Source: Waterburya sp.
Lineage (GTDB): Bacteria; Cyanobacteriota; Cyanobacteriia; Cyanobacteriales; Xenococcaceae
Assembly: GCA_965217895.1 (NCBI GenBank)
Contig: CBDCJV010000002.1
Coordinates: 3,072,001-3,136,000, forward strand
DNA length: 64,000 nucleotides
Direction: 5' to 3'
The translations under genes and the position numbers were made by a program. Positions 1 through 10,014 of this stretch are shown one piece after another. Within the stretch, counting starts at the first letter, position 1; each line of letters begins with the position of its first letter. The notes beneath the pieces were generated by a model. The model made no database searches. It was not told the origin of the DNA and worked only from the letters and a program-made list of their open reading frames with translations.

Positions 1-1
1 G

Positions 2-460
2 GATAGGATCGATGATAAAGTTAAATCCTAAACTAGCAATAATTATTGGTGAATCGCAATTTTGCTTTACTGCCTCAATCAGTTCTAAATTACCCTGATT
101 TTGAGCTAGCTTTCGAGCTTTTTTTTGCCATAAAAGAAGCGTCCAAGGTAATAAAATGGTGGGAATAACAACTAAAAACCAGTCTCTAATTTTATCGCCT
201 CTAAATGGTTGTGGTAGCCAAAGCCAAGGTCTAAAAACTTTTAAAATGCTTACTAAAATAAATCCGATGAGACGAGGACATAAACTATTAATATATTCAG
301 CCGTAGAATTTCTTAATAACAGCGTTTCATCGAAATCTAAAATTATTGGCGTATCTTGAGCAGCATCTTTAATTAAATTTATGGCTTTAGATTTGCTGGC
401 TAAATCATTAATATACTTTTGATTTCTGACGTTATATCCTTGTGTTATTTCTGACTCCAT
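2..460 (-). CDS. HAD-like (DxD) N-terminal domain membrane protein, 3'-partial (runs off window start)
   Basis: Manual translation from ATG at 460: MESEITQGYNVRNQKYINDLASKSKAINLIKDAAQDTPIILDFDETLLLRNSTAEY...; ILDFDETL is a HAD motif I; frame open to the window edge. Confidence 0.7.
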   Translation of the reverse strand, partial: MESEITQGYNVRNQKYINDLASKSKAINLIKDAAQDTPIILDFDETLLLRNSTAEYINSLCPRLIGFILVSILKVFRPWLWLPQPFRGDKIRDWFLVVIPTILLPWTLLLWQKKARKLAQNQGNLELIEAVKQNCDSPIIIASLGFNFIIDPI

Positions 461-484
461 CCTCTTTTTTAATTCTTCTTTTAT

Positions 485-564
485 TAGGACTTACGCAGGT
501 TAACGAGTTTTGCCCCCTAGTCCCCCAAACTTGGGGGATTTAGGGGGCGAGTGCGTAAGTCCTA
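485..564. mobile_element. 80-bp MITE-like element with 13-bp terminal inverted repeats
   Basis: TAGGACTTACGCA (485-497) / TGCGTAAGTCCTA (552-564); internal CCCCC..GGGGG hairpins; related inverted copy at 6243-6550. Confidence 0.75.
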
Positions 565-575
565 TTTTAAATAAA

Positions 576-1585
576 TTACGGAGTTGCTGTTCTAACATCA
601 TTAGAGCCATCTTTAAACACTGGTTTTACTTCAGACAGCATAACTCTAATCTGTTTATTACCTTGAACCAAACACCATAAAATAATTGCCCAAGTCTGCC
701 AAGTTTGCCATAATTCTAAAGAGTGAGTTCCTAAAGCGATCGCACCCAATAAAAAGATAAAAATTAAGCAGCGCAATAACTTAACAGGGACTTCTTTTGG
801 CCAACTATCCGCATTTCCACCAGAGTAACGATAAACTACATACAGTATGCTGCGAGAGAGTATCTGCGCCGATAATATACCTGTGCCAACAGAATTGGTG
901 GCAGTAATGGCTAAAAAGCCATAGTAACGAAAAGACTGTAATAAAAGATAAAGCCAAGTCCTAGTGTGCTTGTTTAAATGATTGTATACCCAAAAACACA
1001 ATCTAGCAGAAACTAAAAATGCTACCCAATATAAAAAAGGCAAAGTAAGAGAATTGAAGGCTGTTTCTGGTTCAACAAAGGGGGGACAGAACAATAAGTT
1101 TATACTTTGAGCTTTTTCTATCAAAGCAACTCCCAAAAAGCCAGATATCAAAGACCAAACCCAAGGATATGTGGTTTGCATCATCTGCTTATGTAGATAA
1201 TAAGTAGCTGATAACCTAGGTTGTTGTTCGTATTTCTCGGCAACGTAATCATTTTCGTAATATCCTATTTCATATACACACCAAAAGGAAATTAATAGCA
1301 TTACAATGCCCAGTCCATCTATAAGAGGGTGGTTTGCCTGCCAAGAAAAGGCTAACCACAGTATAGGTAGATCATCCCAAAGAATAACTTTAAAGGTATA
1401 ATTTTCTTCGACGCGCTTGACTTTTTCTAGATAAAAGAAGGGTAAATAAATATTACTTAAAGTTGGTATGTACATATCTTTAGCTGAAGACCAAGTAACT
1501 AAGAAGGGAGTTTTCACAATTTGCAATAGAATAAAGGCAGATTATCCTCAGAATTAGTCACGGCGATCGCAGATTTAATTGCTGA
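576..1585 (-). pseudogene. Probably 5'-truncated multi-TM membrane protein (likely C-terminal part of a HAD+membrane protein)
   Basis: ORF 576-1526 starts at TTG and is hydrophobic (YEIGYYEND motif); a different upstream frame reads SAIKSAIAVTNSEDNLPL and would join LQIVKTPF through a frameshift near 1530; nothing coding further upstream. Confidence 0.5.
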
Positions 1586-2199
1586 GTAAGGATATATTTG
1601 CCTGTAATATTAACAGCTTACCTGATTAATAATTATTGAAGTGCTTGGAAAAGCATTGTTAATTAGATTTATTGCTTTCAAATTTTTGCTTAAATTACAC
1701 TTTTTTTTTGAATTATTCTGCATCATGAAACAAATAAATAGACAAGTAAACGTTAATTTTTAATGAGTAGCTAATGTCAGTTGATATTATAGCAGTATGT
1801 AATTTGGTTGATATTCATGAACAATTAAAATGTAAAACTTATATTTTACAAACTGTAGAAAAATAAAGGTTTTACAAAGCTCGCGCCGATTTTGGTAAAC
1901 TACGATTTGAGTATTTGGGGATTAGAGACAAATTATCTTATTAGTTACTTCAAGTTACAAAAAGATATTAGTCAAACTTAATTGGTTTTCCAAGACGATT
2001 ATAACAATAAAATAAATTAGTTAAAATCTGGATAAAAAGTTCAATATACTTGTTTTATTATAAATATAAATAAACTACAAAATATCTTAATTATTATTTC
2101 CCAATTATTTGAACAAAACTAGTCTGGCAAGATATTCATTTGAATTTTTAGAGACTATAACTATAATATTTAGGGAAATAACGATGCCATAAATTTTTC

Positions 2200-4209
2200 A
2201 TGCTTGATAGTCAATCTGAATCTAGTTTTCAATTGCCACAGCCTCAGAATACTGTTGTTGATTCCTGTTTCGCATCCAAAAGTGAAGTAGATTGGACAGT
2301 GGCAGACAGTGCCAAACTATATAATATTGAAGGTTGGGGAGAGCCATATTTTGGCATAAACCAAGCAGGAAATGTTACGGTGTCGCTGCTGGGTAAGCAA
2401 GATAGCCAAATAGATTTAGCTCAACTAATTGAATCTCTGAAAAAACGCAATATTAGTTTGCCGTTGCTGATCCGTTTTCCCGAAATCTTGGCAGATAGAA
2501 TGGCAAGGCTACAAAGCTGCATGGAAGATGCGATCGCTAGATATAATTATTCTGGTAAATATCAGGGAGTCTTTCCGATTAAATGCAATCAAAATCGCCA
2601 ATTTATCGAGGCTTTGGTGCATTACGGCAAATCCTATCAATTTGGCTTAGAAGCTGGCTCAAAACCAGAACTAATGATTGCTTTGGCTTGTTTACAGGCA
2701 GAAAAAGCTACTACCCAACCATTATTAATGTGTAATGGTTATAAAGACAAAGAATATATTGAAACTGCCTTACTCGCAACCAAGCTAGGGCAAAAACCAA
2801 TAATTATCATTGAACAACCTCAAGAACTTGATTTGGTTTTAGCCATTAGTCAAGAGTTAGATATCAAGCCTGTTTTGGGAGTTCGTGCCAAGCTAGATGC
2901 TAAGGGCATAGGCAGATGGAGTAGTTCTACAGGCGATCGCGCTAAGTTTGGTTTAACGATCGCCGAAATTCTCCAGGTAGTGAGACAATTAGAAACTTTA
3001 AATCGCTTAGATTGTCTGCAACTGCTACATTTCCATATTGGTTCTCAAATCTCTGCTATTAGGGTGATTAAAAACGCTATCCGCGAAGCTAGCCAGATTT
3101 ATGTACAGCTTGTCAAGCTAGGGGCAAATATGCGCTATCTCAATGTGGGTGGCGGATTAGCAGTAGATTATGACGGCTCTAAAACTAATTTTGCTGCCTC
3201 TAAGAACTACAATATGCAAAATTATGCCAACGATATTGTGGCACAGGTAAAAGATGCTTGCGATCAGGGCAATATAGCCGTACCTACTTTGGTGAGTGAA
3301 AGTGGCAGAGCGATCGCCGCCCATCAATCGGTGCTAATCTTTGATGTGTTGGGAACAAGTAGGGTATCGTCTCCTAAGATTGGTGCGCCAGAATCTAACG
3401 CACCCTTGATTGTTCGTAATTTCTGGGAAACTTATCAATCTATTGACGAGACAAACTTCCAAGAAAGCTATAACGATGCTATTCAATTTAAGCAAGAGGC
3501 TTTGAGCCTTTTTAACTTTGGGTACTTGAGTTTAGGCGATCGCGCTAAAGTAGAAGAGCTATTTTGGTCTTGCTGTTCCAAGATTGCAGCAATTGTTAAT
3601 AACTATGATTATGTCTCAGATGATTTAGCAGATTTGGAACACATCATGTCAGCTATTTATTATGTCAATCTGTCTATCTTTCAATCTGCCCCCGATGCCT
3701 GGGCAATTAGCCAACTTTTCCCGATTATGCCCATTCATCGCTTAGATGAAAAACCAACTGTCAAAGGGATTATAGCTGATATTACCTGTGATAGTGATGG
3801 TAAGATTGATCGATTTATTGATCGCAAAGATGTCAAAAATGTTTTAGAGTTGCACCCTCTAGATAATTCTTATTCAGCTTCAACTCCCTATTATTTAGGG
3901 ATGTTTTTGGTTGGTGCGTATCAAGAAATTATGGGTAATCTGCACAATCTTTTTGGCAATACGAACGTCGTGCATATCAAAATTACTCCTGATGGCTATC
4001 AGGTAGATTCGGTGGTTCAAGGTGACAGTATCCAAGAAGTCTTAAGCTACGTACAGTATGACGGTAAAGATTTATTAGAAACTATGCGGTGTCGCACTGA
4101 ATCAGCTTTGCAAAGCAAAAGTATAACTCTGCCAGAGGCAAGAAAGCTGTTGGAAAATTATGCTAGTAGCCTCAATAACTATACTTACCTGAAATTGGAT
4201 AAGACATAG
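2200..4209 (+). CDS. speA: Biosynthetic arginine decarboxylase
   Basis: FPIKCNQ PLP-lysine motif, GLEAGSKPE, HFHIGSQI, DITCDSDG; 669 aa. Confidence 0.96.
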   Translation: MLDSQSESSFQLPQPQNTVVDSCFASKSEVDWTVADSAKLYNIEGWGEPYFGINQAGNVTVSLLGKQDSQIDLAQLIESLKKRNISLPLLIRFPEILADRMARLQSCMEDAIARYNYSGKYQGVFPIKCNQNRQFIEALVHYGKSYQFGLEAGSKPELMIALACLQAEKATTQPLLMCNGYKDKEYIETALLATKLGQKPIIIIEQPQELDLVLAISQELDIKPVLGVRAKLDAKGIGRWSSSTGDRAKFGLTIAEILQVVRQLETLNRLDCLQLLHFHIGSQISAIRVIKNAIREASQIYVQLVKLGANMRYLNVGGGLAVDYDGSKTNFAASKNYNMQNYANDIVAQVKDACDQGNIAVPTLVSESGRAIAAHQSVLIFDVLGTSRVSSPKIGAPESNAPLIVRNFWETYQSIDETNFQESYNDAIQFKQEALSLFNFGYLSLGDRAKVEELFWSCCSKIAAIVNNYDYVSDDLADLEHIMSAIYYVNLSIFQSAPDAWAISQLFPIMPIHRLDEKPTVKGIIADITCDSDGKIDRFIDRKDVKNVLELHPLDNSYSASTPYYLGMFLVGAYQEIMGNLHNLFGNTNVVHIKITPDGYQVDSVVQGDSIQEVLSYVQYDGKDLLETMRCRTESALQSKSITLPEARKLLENYASSLNNYTYLKLDKT

Positions 4210-4423
4210 GCCAAACAAGCAGAAAGATGTTGCGATCGCACCTGGATGCAGCATGGGTATAATAACAAGGCTAAAGATCGAGCGATCGCCTGTGTTATGG
4301 CAAGCTTTGATTTTTGTTTGAATACATTTGGGCAAAAACATACTGATAATATTAAGATCGAGATAGAGCAGCTAGATCAAAATTTTAGATATTAGCTATA
4401 TATTTAGTAATGGTACTCCCTTA

Positions 4424-5287
4424 ATGAACTTATCAAAAAAAGCTTTAATTGGCTTAAAAGCCGATCTCTTTCGCCATCCCCTAGACTTGCAGGCAACTAA
4501 TACCTTGAAGCAAATACCAGGAATAGATATAGCTATTCGGAGTGTTTTGGGTTCAGTGGGAGAACAGTTTTTTTATCTGAATAATATTGCCTCTAGTGTT
4601 TTAGTGAGCGAAAAACAGCTACCTCATCTCCATAAATTACTGTTAGAAGCCTCTAAAATTCTAGATTTAGAACCACCTCAGCTATACGTCCAGCAAAACC
4701 CTACTCCCAATGCCTATACTTTTGCCATGAGAGGCAAACAACCTTTTGTGATGCTTCATACGTCTTTGATTGAAATGCTTACCCCCGAAGAAATTCAGGC
4801 AGTAATTGCTCACGAATTAGGTCATCTTAAGTGTGAACACGGGGTTTATTTAAGCATGGTAAATATGCTGGTGCTAGCAGCTAACTTACTGCCACCTTGG
4901 GGAACCATTTTAGCCCAATCGTTGCAAGATCAAATGCTGCAATGGGTGCGTTGTGCAGAATTTAGTTGCGATCGCGCTGCTTTGTTAGCCACTCAAGATC
5001 CAAAAGTAGTTATGTCAGTCTTGATGAAGCTAGCGGGAGGCTCTCCCACTATCGCTCCTCAGCTAAATTTAGATGCTTTTATTGAACAGGCAAAAGCTTA
5101 TGATTCTATAACTACAGATAGCCTAGGAGAAGTTTTGCAGGCAGCGCAAACTGCTCAACTAACTCACCCTGTTCCCGTAATTCGAGCCAGAGAAATTGGT
5201 CGTTGGGCAAGTTCAGCAGAATATCAGGCAATAATTGATAAGCAGCAAATCAATCAAGAGCAAAAGCTCGGCTGGAGTAATTGGTAA
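4424..5287 (+). CDS. M48 family zinc metallopeptidase (HtpX-like)
   Basis: PNAYT, AHELGH (HExxH), EFSCDRA, THP motifs. Confidence 0.9.
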   Translation: MNLSKKALIGLKADLFRHPLDLQATNTLKQIPGIDIAIRSVLGSVGEQFFYLNNIASSVLVSEKQLPHLHKLLLEASKILDLEPPQLYVQQNPTPNAYTFAMRGKQPFVMLHTSLIEMLTPEEIQAVIAHELGHLKCEHGVYLSMVNMLVLAANLLPPWGTILAQSLQDQMLQWVRCAEFSCDRAALLATQDPKVVMSVLMKLAGGSPTIAPQLNLDAFIEQAKAYDSITTDSLGEVLQAAQTAQLTHPVPVIRAREIGRWASSAEYQAIIDKQQINQEQKLGWSNW

Positions 5288-5365
5288 CAAATTTTATTAA
5301 ATATTGATTACTTAATGCCTCAATTGATCGAAGAAGTAAGTGGTAAACCCAATTATTTTAAAGTT

Positions 5366-5734
5366 ATGACTAAAGCAGAATCAACATCTAGTCAAAACCA
5401 AGCTAAAAACTTGGAGTCGATGAGAAAATTTGCCGAAAAATACGCAAGTCTTACTGATACTTATTTTTGTAGCGATTTATCAGTTACTGCTGCGGTAATT
5501 AAAGGCTTGGCTAAACACAAGCAAGAATTAGGTTCTCCTTTGTGTCCCTGTCGCCACTATCAAGATAAAGAGGCAGAAGTTAAAAAAGCCTATTGGAATT
5601 GCCCTTGCGTCCCAATGCGTGAAGAGAAAAAATGTCACTGTATGTTATTTCTAACTGCCGACAATGCTTTTGCAGGAAACACTCAAGAAATTACCACAGA
5701 GCAAATTAATCAGCTTTATGGAGATATGGAATAG
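5366..5734 (+). CDS. ftrC: Ferredoxin-thioredoxin reductase catalytic subunit
   Basis: CPCRHY, WNCPCVPM, CHCMLF motifs; ATG 5366 preferred over 5315. Confidence 0.93.
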   Translation: MTKAESTSSQNQAKNLESMRKFAEKYASLTDTYFCSDLSVTAAVIKGLAKHKQELGSPLCPCRHYQDKEAEVKKAYWNCPCVPMREEKKCHCMLFLTADNAFAGNTQEITTEQINQLYGDME

Positions 5735-5739
5735 GCAAA

Positions 5740-6156
5740 ATGGGAGCAGCAGCAAAATTTGAGCAAGGTATTGCTGAATTTAACCAGCAGCAGTTTTATG
5801 CTTGTCACGATACTTTAGAAGCAATTTGGGTTGAAGCTCCCGAAGCAGACAAAAGGTTTTATCAGGGAATTTTGCAGGTAGCGGTAGGTTGCTATCATTT
5901 GAGTAACGGCAACCTACGGGGAGCAATTATTCTCTTGGGAGAGGCAGTTAGACGCTTGTGTGATTATCAGCCTGACTATGAGGGGATTAATGTTGAACTG
6001 CTGTTGGAACAGGCTATTAACTTGCTTCAGACATTACAGCAACTTGAACCAGAACAAGCTCAAGCGTTTTTTCAACAGCTAGAGCAAAAGCAGTTAGCCG
6101 AGTCGCAAAATAATTTAGTTGATGGTTGTCAGATGCCTTATATAGTTAAAGTCTGA
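5740..6156 (+). CDS. DUF309 family protein
   Basis: FNQQQFYACHDTLEAIW...FYQGILQVAVGCYH pattern. Confidence 0.85.
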   Translation: MGAAAKFEQGIAEFNQQQFYACHDTLEAIWVEAPEADKRFYQGILQVAVGCYHLSNGNLRGAIILLGEAVRRLCDYQPDYEGINVELLLEQAINLLQTLQQLEPEQAQAFFQQLEQKQLAESQNNLVDGCQMPYIVKV

Positions 6157-6242
6157 ATAATATCAAGTATCGAGGCAGAAAAATCTACATAAAGCTGACA
6201 CCAATGCGTCATAGATCTGTCACTTGAAATCTTTATATTAAA

Positions 6243-6550
6243 TAGGACTTACGCACTCGCCCCCTAAATCCCCCAAGGCGAGCGACCCCCGCGCATGGTT
6301 CAGCAGTTTGCTTATGCCAGGGAACCCTTTCGACACTTTGCTCAACGGAGGATACCTCCGCAACGCAAGTGTCTCACCACCGCAACTGCTTCACCGCGTC
6401 GCCGTCAGGCGCAAGCGTCCGACACGAGGGCATCCCTAAACGGGAAGCCACGCGGACTTGGGAATGCGCGAGAGGGGGACTTTTAATTCTTGTTCCCCCA
6501 GATTTGGGGGGCTAGGGGGGGGCAAAACTCGTTAAACTGCGTAAGTCCTA
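6243..6550. mobile_element. TAGGACTTACGCA-type MITE carrying a nested compound repeat (6278-6472)
   Basis: Same TIRs and flanking internal sequence as 485-564 (inverted), with about 195 bp inserted in the CCCCC/GGGGG hairpin loop. Confidence 0.75.
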
Positions 6551-6581
6551 TTAAAATCAGCGAATAAAAAAAGACAATAAA

Positions 6582-6788
6582 ATGACTAATAATATTTTGA
6601 ATAAATGGTGGCAAGAATATCGTGAAGCCGATCGCTCTAGCAAACTACATCATGAGCTGATGACTCTGGTTCACGATCGGCCTGACACTGCACAGCGACT
6701 AGTTGATTTAGAAAAAATCAAACATCCAGGTCAATCTGAAAGTTGGTATTTAGACAAAGTAGTTTATGACCTCAGACGTGAAGCTTAA
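6582..6788 (+). CDS. Small hypothetical protein (68 aa)
   Basis: ATG-start ORF with ordinary composition in a non-repeat gap; pattern resembles small cyanobacterial hypothetical proteins. Confidence 0.6.
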   Translation: MTNNILNKWWQEYREADRSSKLHHELMTLVHDRPDTAQRLVDLEKIKHPGQSESWYLDKVVYDLRREA

Positions 6789-6831
6789 AGAGTGTTGTTG
6801 ATTTAATGGATTTAATTTATCTAAGAGTGAG

Positions 6832-7250
6832 TTTGTAGTTCGTAGTCTGTCGTTTGAAGTCGAGAGACGCGTCGCCGAAGGGCGCAAGTCCACCCTCGAC
6901 AGTTTGCTCGCCCTCGACAACCAAGGGGTACTCCCCGCAGGTACCTCAACGGGGGGAATCCCTGCAACGGTTTTGCGAAGCAGCGCGGTCTTTGCAAGCG
7001 GAAATGCTGCTTGCGAAGCAGCTTATTCCACGCTTGCGGCGGGGGTTTCCCCCATAAGCGACTGCTGAGGGTGTCTCGCAACGGGTCACAGACAAGGCGC
7101 GTTTTGAGGCGAGGAAATGCTCTCGGTTAGAGAGCATATTCCACTCGCCTGTTGAGTGGGAAGCTTCCCACTCAACAGGCGCCGTCCGCAACGCAACTGT
7201 CTCGCAATCGACTTGTTATAGTCGGATTTGAACTACAAACTACTAACTAC
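6832..7250. repeat. Deeply nested cluster of GC-rich hairpin repeats bracketed by inverted heptamer tandem repeats
   Basis: TTTGTAG/TTCGTAG on the left and AACTACA/AACTACT on the right; outer stem AAGTCGA/TCGACTT; CAAC-stem-GCAAC modules; 36-bp perfect palindrome 7146-7181. Confidence 0.8.
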
Positions 7251-7452
7251 CAACAAAGAACTTTTTTATTAACCAGTAGATTCAAATTTTTAGTTTTATC
7301 CTCACACACCTAATAAATGTCCTATTTAAACTAGTTTTATGGGACATTTTTTCTATATTCAAGATGTATGTTGTTTTTGGCTGGCTTAACCAAAATCTTC
7401 TGTAATGGTTAAATTTAAATATATAAAATTCATTCTGCTATATTAAAAATTT

Positions 7453-8040
7453 ATGCGTCAGAAAAAGAACAACAAAAAATCTGATTTTACAGCAGCTAGT
7501 ATTATAAGCCTGGTCAGTTTATTAGTTTTGATGTGGTTGATAGAGCTATTTAATTGGTCGCTTCCGCAGCTACAGTTTGACAATTACGGAATTCGCCCTA
7601 GGGATATTAATTGGTTGCCAGGAATCATCATTGCCCCTTTGCTTCACGGTTCTTGGTCGCATTTAATTGCCAACACGCCACCATTTATAATTTTTGGTGG
7701 CTTAGTTTCGCTCCAAGGCATGAGAATATTCTGGCTAGTTACTATTATATCCACGTTATTTAGTGGCTTGGGAGTTTGGTTATTTAGTCCCGAAAATGTA
7801 GTTACCGTGGGAGCTTCTGGCGTTATTTTTGGTTATTTGGGTTTTTTATTATTGCGTGGTTTGTTTGCTCGCAGTATAGGTGCAATCTTAATTTCCTTAA
7901 TAGTGGGCTTTCTTTATGGTGGGACACTCTGGGGAATATTGCCATCTAGCCCTAATATATCTTGGCAGGCACACTTATTTGGGCTTATGGGTGGTGTGTT
8001 GGCTGCCAGTTTGGGTCGTAAACGCAGTAGAGATAACTAA
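7453..8040 (+). CDS. Rhomboid family intramembrane serine protease
   Basis: HGSWSHLIAN, GASG catalytic Ser, AHLFG His; hydrophobic. Confidence 0.92.
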   Translation: MRQKKNNKKSDFTAASIISLVSLLVLMWLIELFNWSLPQLQFDNYGIRPRDINWLPGIIIAPLLHGSWSHLIANTPPFIIFGGLVSLQGMRIFWLVTIISTLFSGLGVWLFSPENVVTVGASGVIFGYLGFLLLRGLFARSIGAILISLIVGFLYGGTLWGILPSSPNISWQAHLFGLMGGVLAASLGRKRSRDN

Positions 8041-8051
8041 AAATTGATTCT

Positions 8052-9905
8052 CTATTTTTTAATTAGCTGGTTTAATTGACTGGCATTTAAAGAGCGGAGT
8101 AAATTGATAGGTAATGGTGGCTTACTCAAGCGTTTAATATAAGATTCTGTCAGATAGAATCTAAATTCATTTTGTTGTGCTAGGTGAGTTTTGAAAAAGG
8201 CTACACTCAGAACTTTTAAATACGAACGAGCTAAGGCAGGATCAAAACCCATTATATTTATAGGCAATTTAATTTCATCTGAATCTCCTTCAGCAATAAA
8301 GGAAAAATGAGTACTGTTTTTGACCAAAACCAAATATTTATTGTTTTTCGGCAGCCAGGTAAAAGGCTTTAGCTGCTCATCTAAAGCAGGAGCAAATATA
8401 TCTTTATCTCCAGCGATGATCAATAAGGGAGAATCAAACTGGCTCATTCCTGACTGGCTAAAAACTGGATTAGTTACAGGATTAATAGCGATCGCCGCAA
8501 CTATCCTTTGATCGCGCAAATTGGTATTGGGAACAGAATTATTTGCGCTCTGACATTGCCAAAATAGCGCGGGGTTTAGGTCTATTTGTTCTGGGCTTCC
8601 TATTTTTTGGCATTCTTTTTGCAGATGTTGCCAGTCCACCTTCGCTCCAGCGATCGCCATTGCCGTATAGCCACCTAGAGATTGACCGATAATTCCGACT
8701 CTTTGTAAATCGAGCTTACCTCGCCATGATTCCTCATTTTGAGACTTACGCTCCATCTCATCTAATAACCGAGTAACGATCTTAGGCTGCTCTATCCATT
8801 GATTATCCTTTGGAGGAGTATCTAAACCATTTAAGACTTCGTTTACCCGTTGGGCATTAGTACCAGGAAAATTGACCGCAGCTACCCCAAAGCCATAGGA
8901 AGCAAGATGCTCGGCTATATAGGTGAAGTTTTGCCAATTGGTATTTAACCCAGGAGCAACAACAACTACAGGGGCAGGTTTGTCGGTAGATATTGGCAAA
9001 TAAACTACTCCCTCAATCTGGCGATCGCTATCTGACTTAACAGTTATATTTTCTTTGCGCCACTTCTTGTCTCCTAAGTTGCTGAGATCTGCAAAAGTAT
9101 TTAGATCGAGAGAATTACCAGTTGCTACCTGCTCTTTTGCCTCTTGCCCTAATGTTTGGAAAACTTGTTCTGTATCTGCCAAAAGTTTTGTCGCTTCATC
9201 GACTGCCTCAACAATGCGGTTGGTATTTAATTTCAGCGTTTTGGTAGTGTAGTGGCGGAGAACACTGAGAATTGTTAGCCCTTCGGGTTCAGCAGACGCT
9301 AAAATCAAAGCGGCTCGCAAAGCTGGCTGATTTATCCTCTCAGAAGAATCTATAATTAAGCCGATTTCTCTGAGCAATTGTTTGCCAATCGGTAAATTGA
9401 GAAAAGTGCTTGTGGTCACAACGCTGATTTTAAAGCTGCGATTAAGTAAATCTTTTAATTGCGCTAAATCTTTTGGACTAAAGCGATCGGCGTAATAAGC
9501 AAAACCAGGAGTAATTTTACCTTTTTTAGCAAATGCTTCTAGATCGGCAATGGAAATATAAAACTCGCCCAAAACTCCATATTTAAAGGCGATGCGATCG
9601 GCACTTACAGCAGGTAAAATCCAGACGGAAGTTAAAAAACTACAGCTAAATAAAGCTATGAAAGAAGCTTGCCAAATTTTTCTTGGCTTCAACCTTATCG
9701 AACGAAAAGCAGCTAGTTGACCAACGGTCACAGCAGCGCGAGGTTGCGTTGCGGAGGTTTCCTCCGTTGAGCAAACTTCGTAAGAAGACTCCGCCCGTTT
9801 AAAAGTCCCCGTGCTGTTCCGTTTAGGAACAGCTTCATGGGGGACGTGGCGGAGTAATCTGTAACTGGCTGCTGACTTAATTTTTCTGCTTTTTCTTTTG
9901 CCCAC
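8052..9905 (-). CDS. Secreted alpha/beta hydrolase with DUF1400-like N-terminal domain; start uncertain (GTG 9905 or TTG 9692)
   Basis: Signal-like segment ending PAVSA, GQSLGG nucleophile elbow, GDKD and THFSF motifs. Confidence 0.85.
   Translation of the reverse strand: MGKRKSRKIKSAASYRLLRHVPHEAVPKRNSTGTFKRAESSYEVCSTEETSATQPRAAVTVGQLAAFRSIRLKPRKIWQASFIALFSCSFLTSVWILPAVSADRIAFKYGVLGEFYISIADLEAFAKKGKITPGFAYYADRFSPKDLAQLKDLLNRSFKISVVTTSTFLNLPIGKQLLREIGLIIDSSERINQPALRAALILASAEPEGLTILSVLRHYTTKTLKLNTNRIVEAVDEATKLLADTEQVFQTLGQEAKEQVATGNSLDLNTFADLSNLGDKKWRKENITVKSDSDRQIEGVVYLPISTDKPAPVVVVAPGLNTNWQNFTYIAEHLASYGFGVAAVNFPGTNAQRVNEVLNGLDTPPKDNQWIEQPKIVTRLLDEMERKSQNEESWRGKLDLQRVGIIGQSLGGYTAMAIAGAKVDWQHLQKECQKIGSPEQIDLNPALFWQCQSANNSVPNTNLRDQRIVAAIAINPVTNPVFSQSGMSQFDSPLLIIAGDKDIFAPALDEQLKPFTWLPKNNKYLVLVKNSTHFSFIAEGDSDEIKLPINIMGFDPALARSYLKVLSVAFFKTHLAQQNEFRFYLTESYIKRLSKPPLPINLLRSLNASQLNQLIKK
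9731..9874. repeat. 144-bp nested hairpin repeat at the 5' end of the hydrolase ORF
   Basis: CAGCAGC/GCTGCTG outer stem; contains CTCAAC-GGAGG-AAA-CCTCC-GCAAC module (minus strand) and a TAAAC-loop hairpin. Confidence 0.75.
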
Positions 9906-10014
9906 TAAAAAACTTTGATTTACCTTGCTTTTGGATCGTTACCACTTGTTCATGTGTGTATACAAACCCCTAATAATTAGATCTTACGCCAGCTTGGGGC
10001 TGCTCGTCAAAAGA

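Noticed and set aside
156..359. Plus-strand 67-aa ORF
   Set aside because: Antisense to the longer HAD-motif frame on the minus strand
6295..7191. ORFs 6295-6486, 6821-7081, 6854-7057, 6946-7191
   Set aside because: They lie within nested GC-rich repeats that are stop-poor; no protein motifs
6243..7250. CRISPR array or tRNA-like genes in the GC-rich repeats
   Set aside because: No identical repeats at regular spacing, no cas genes, and no cloverleaf with conserved D/T loops
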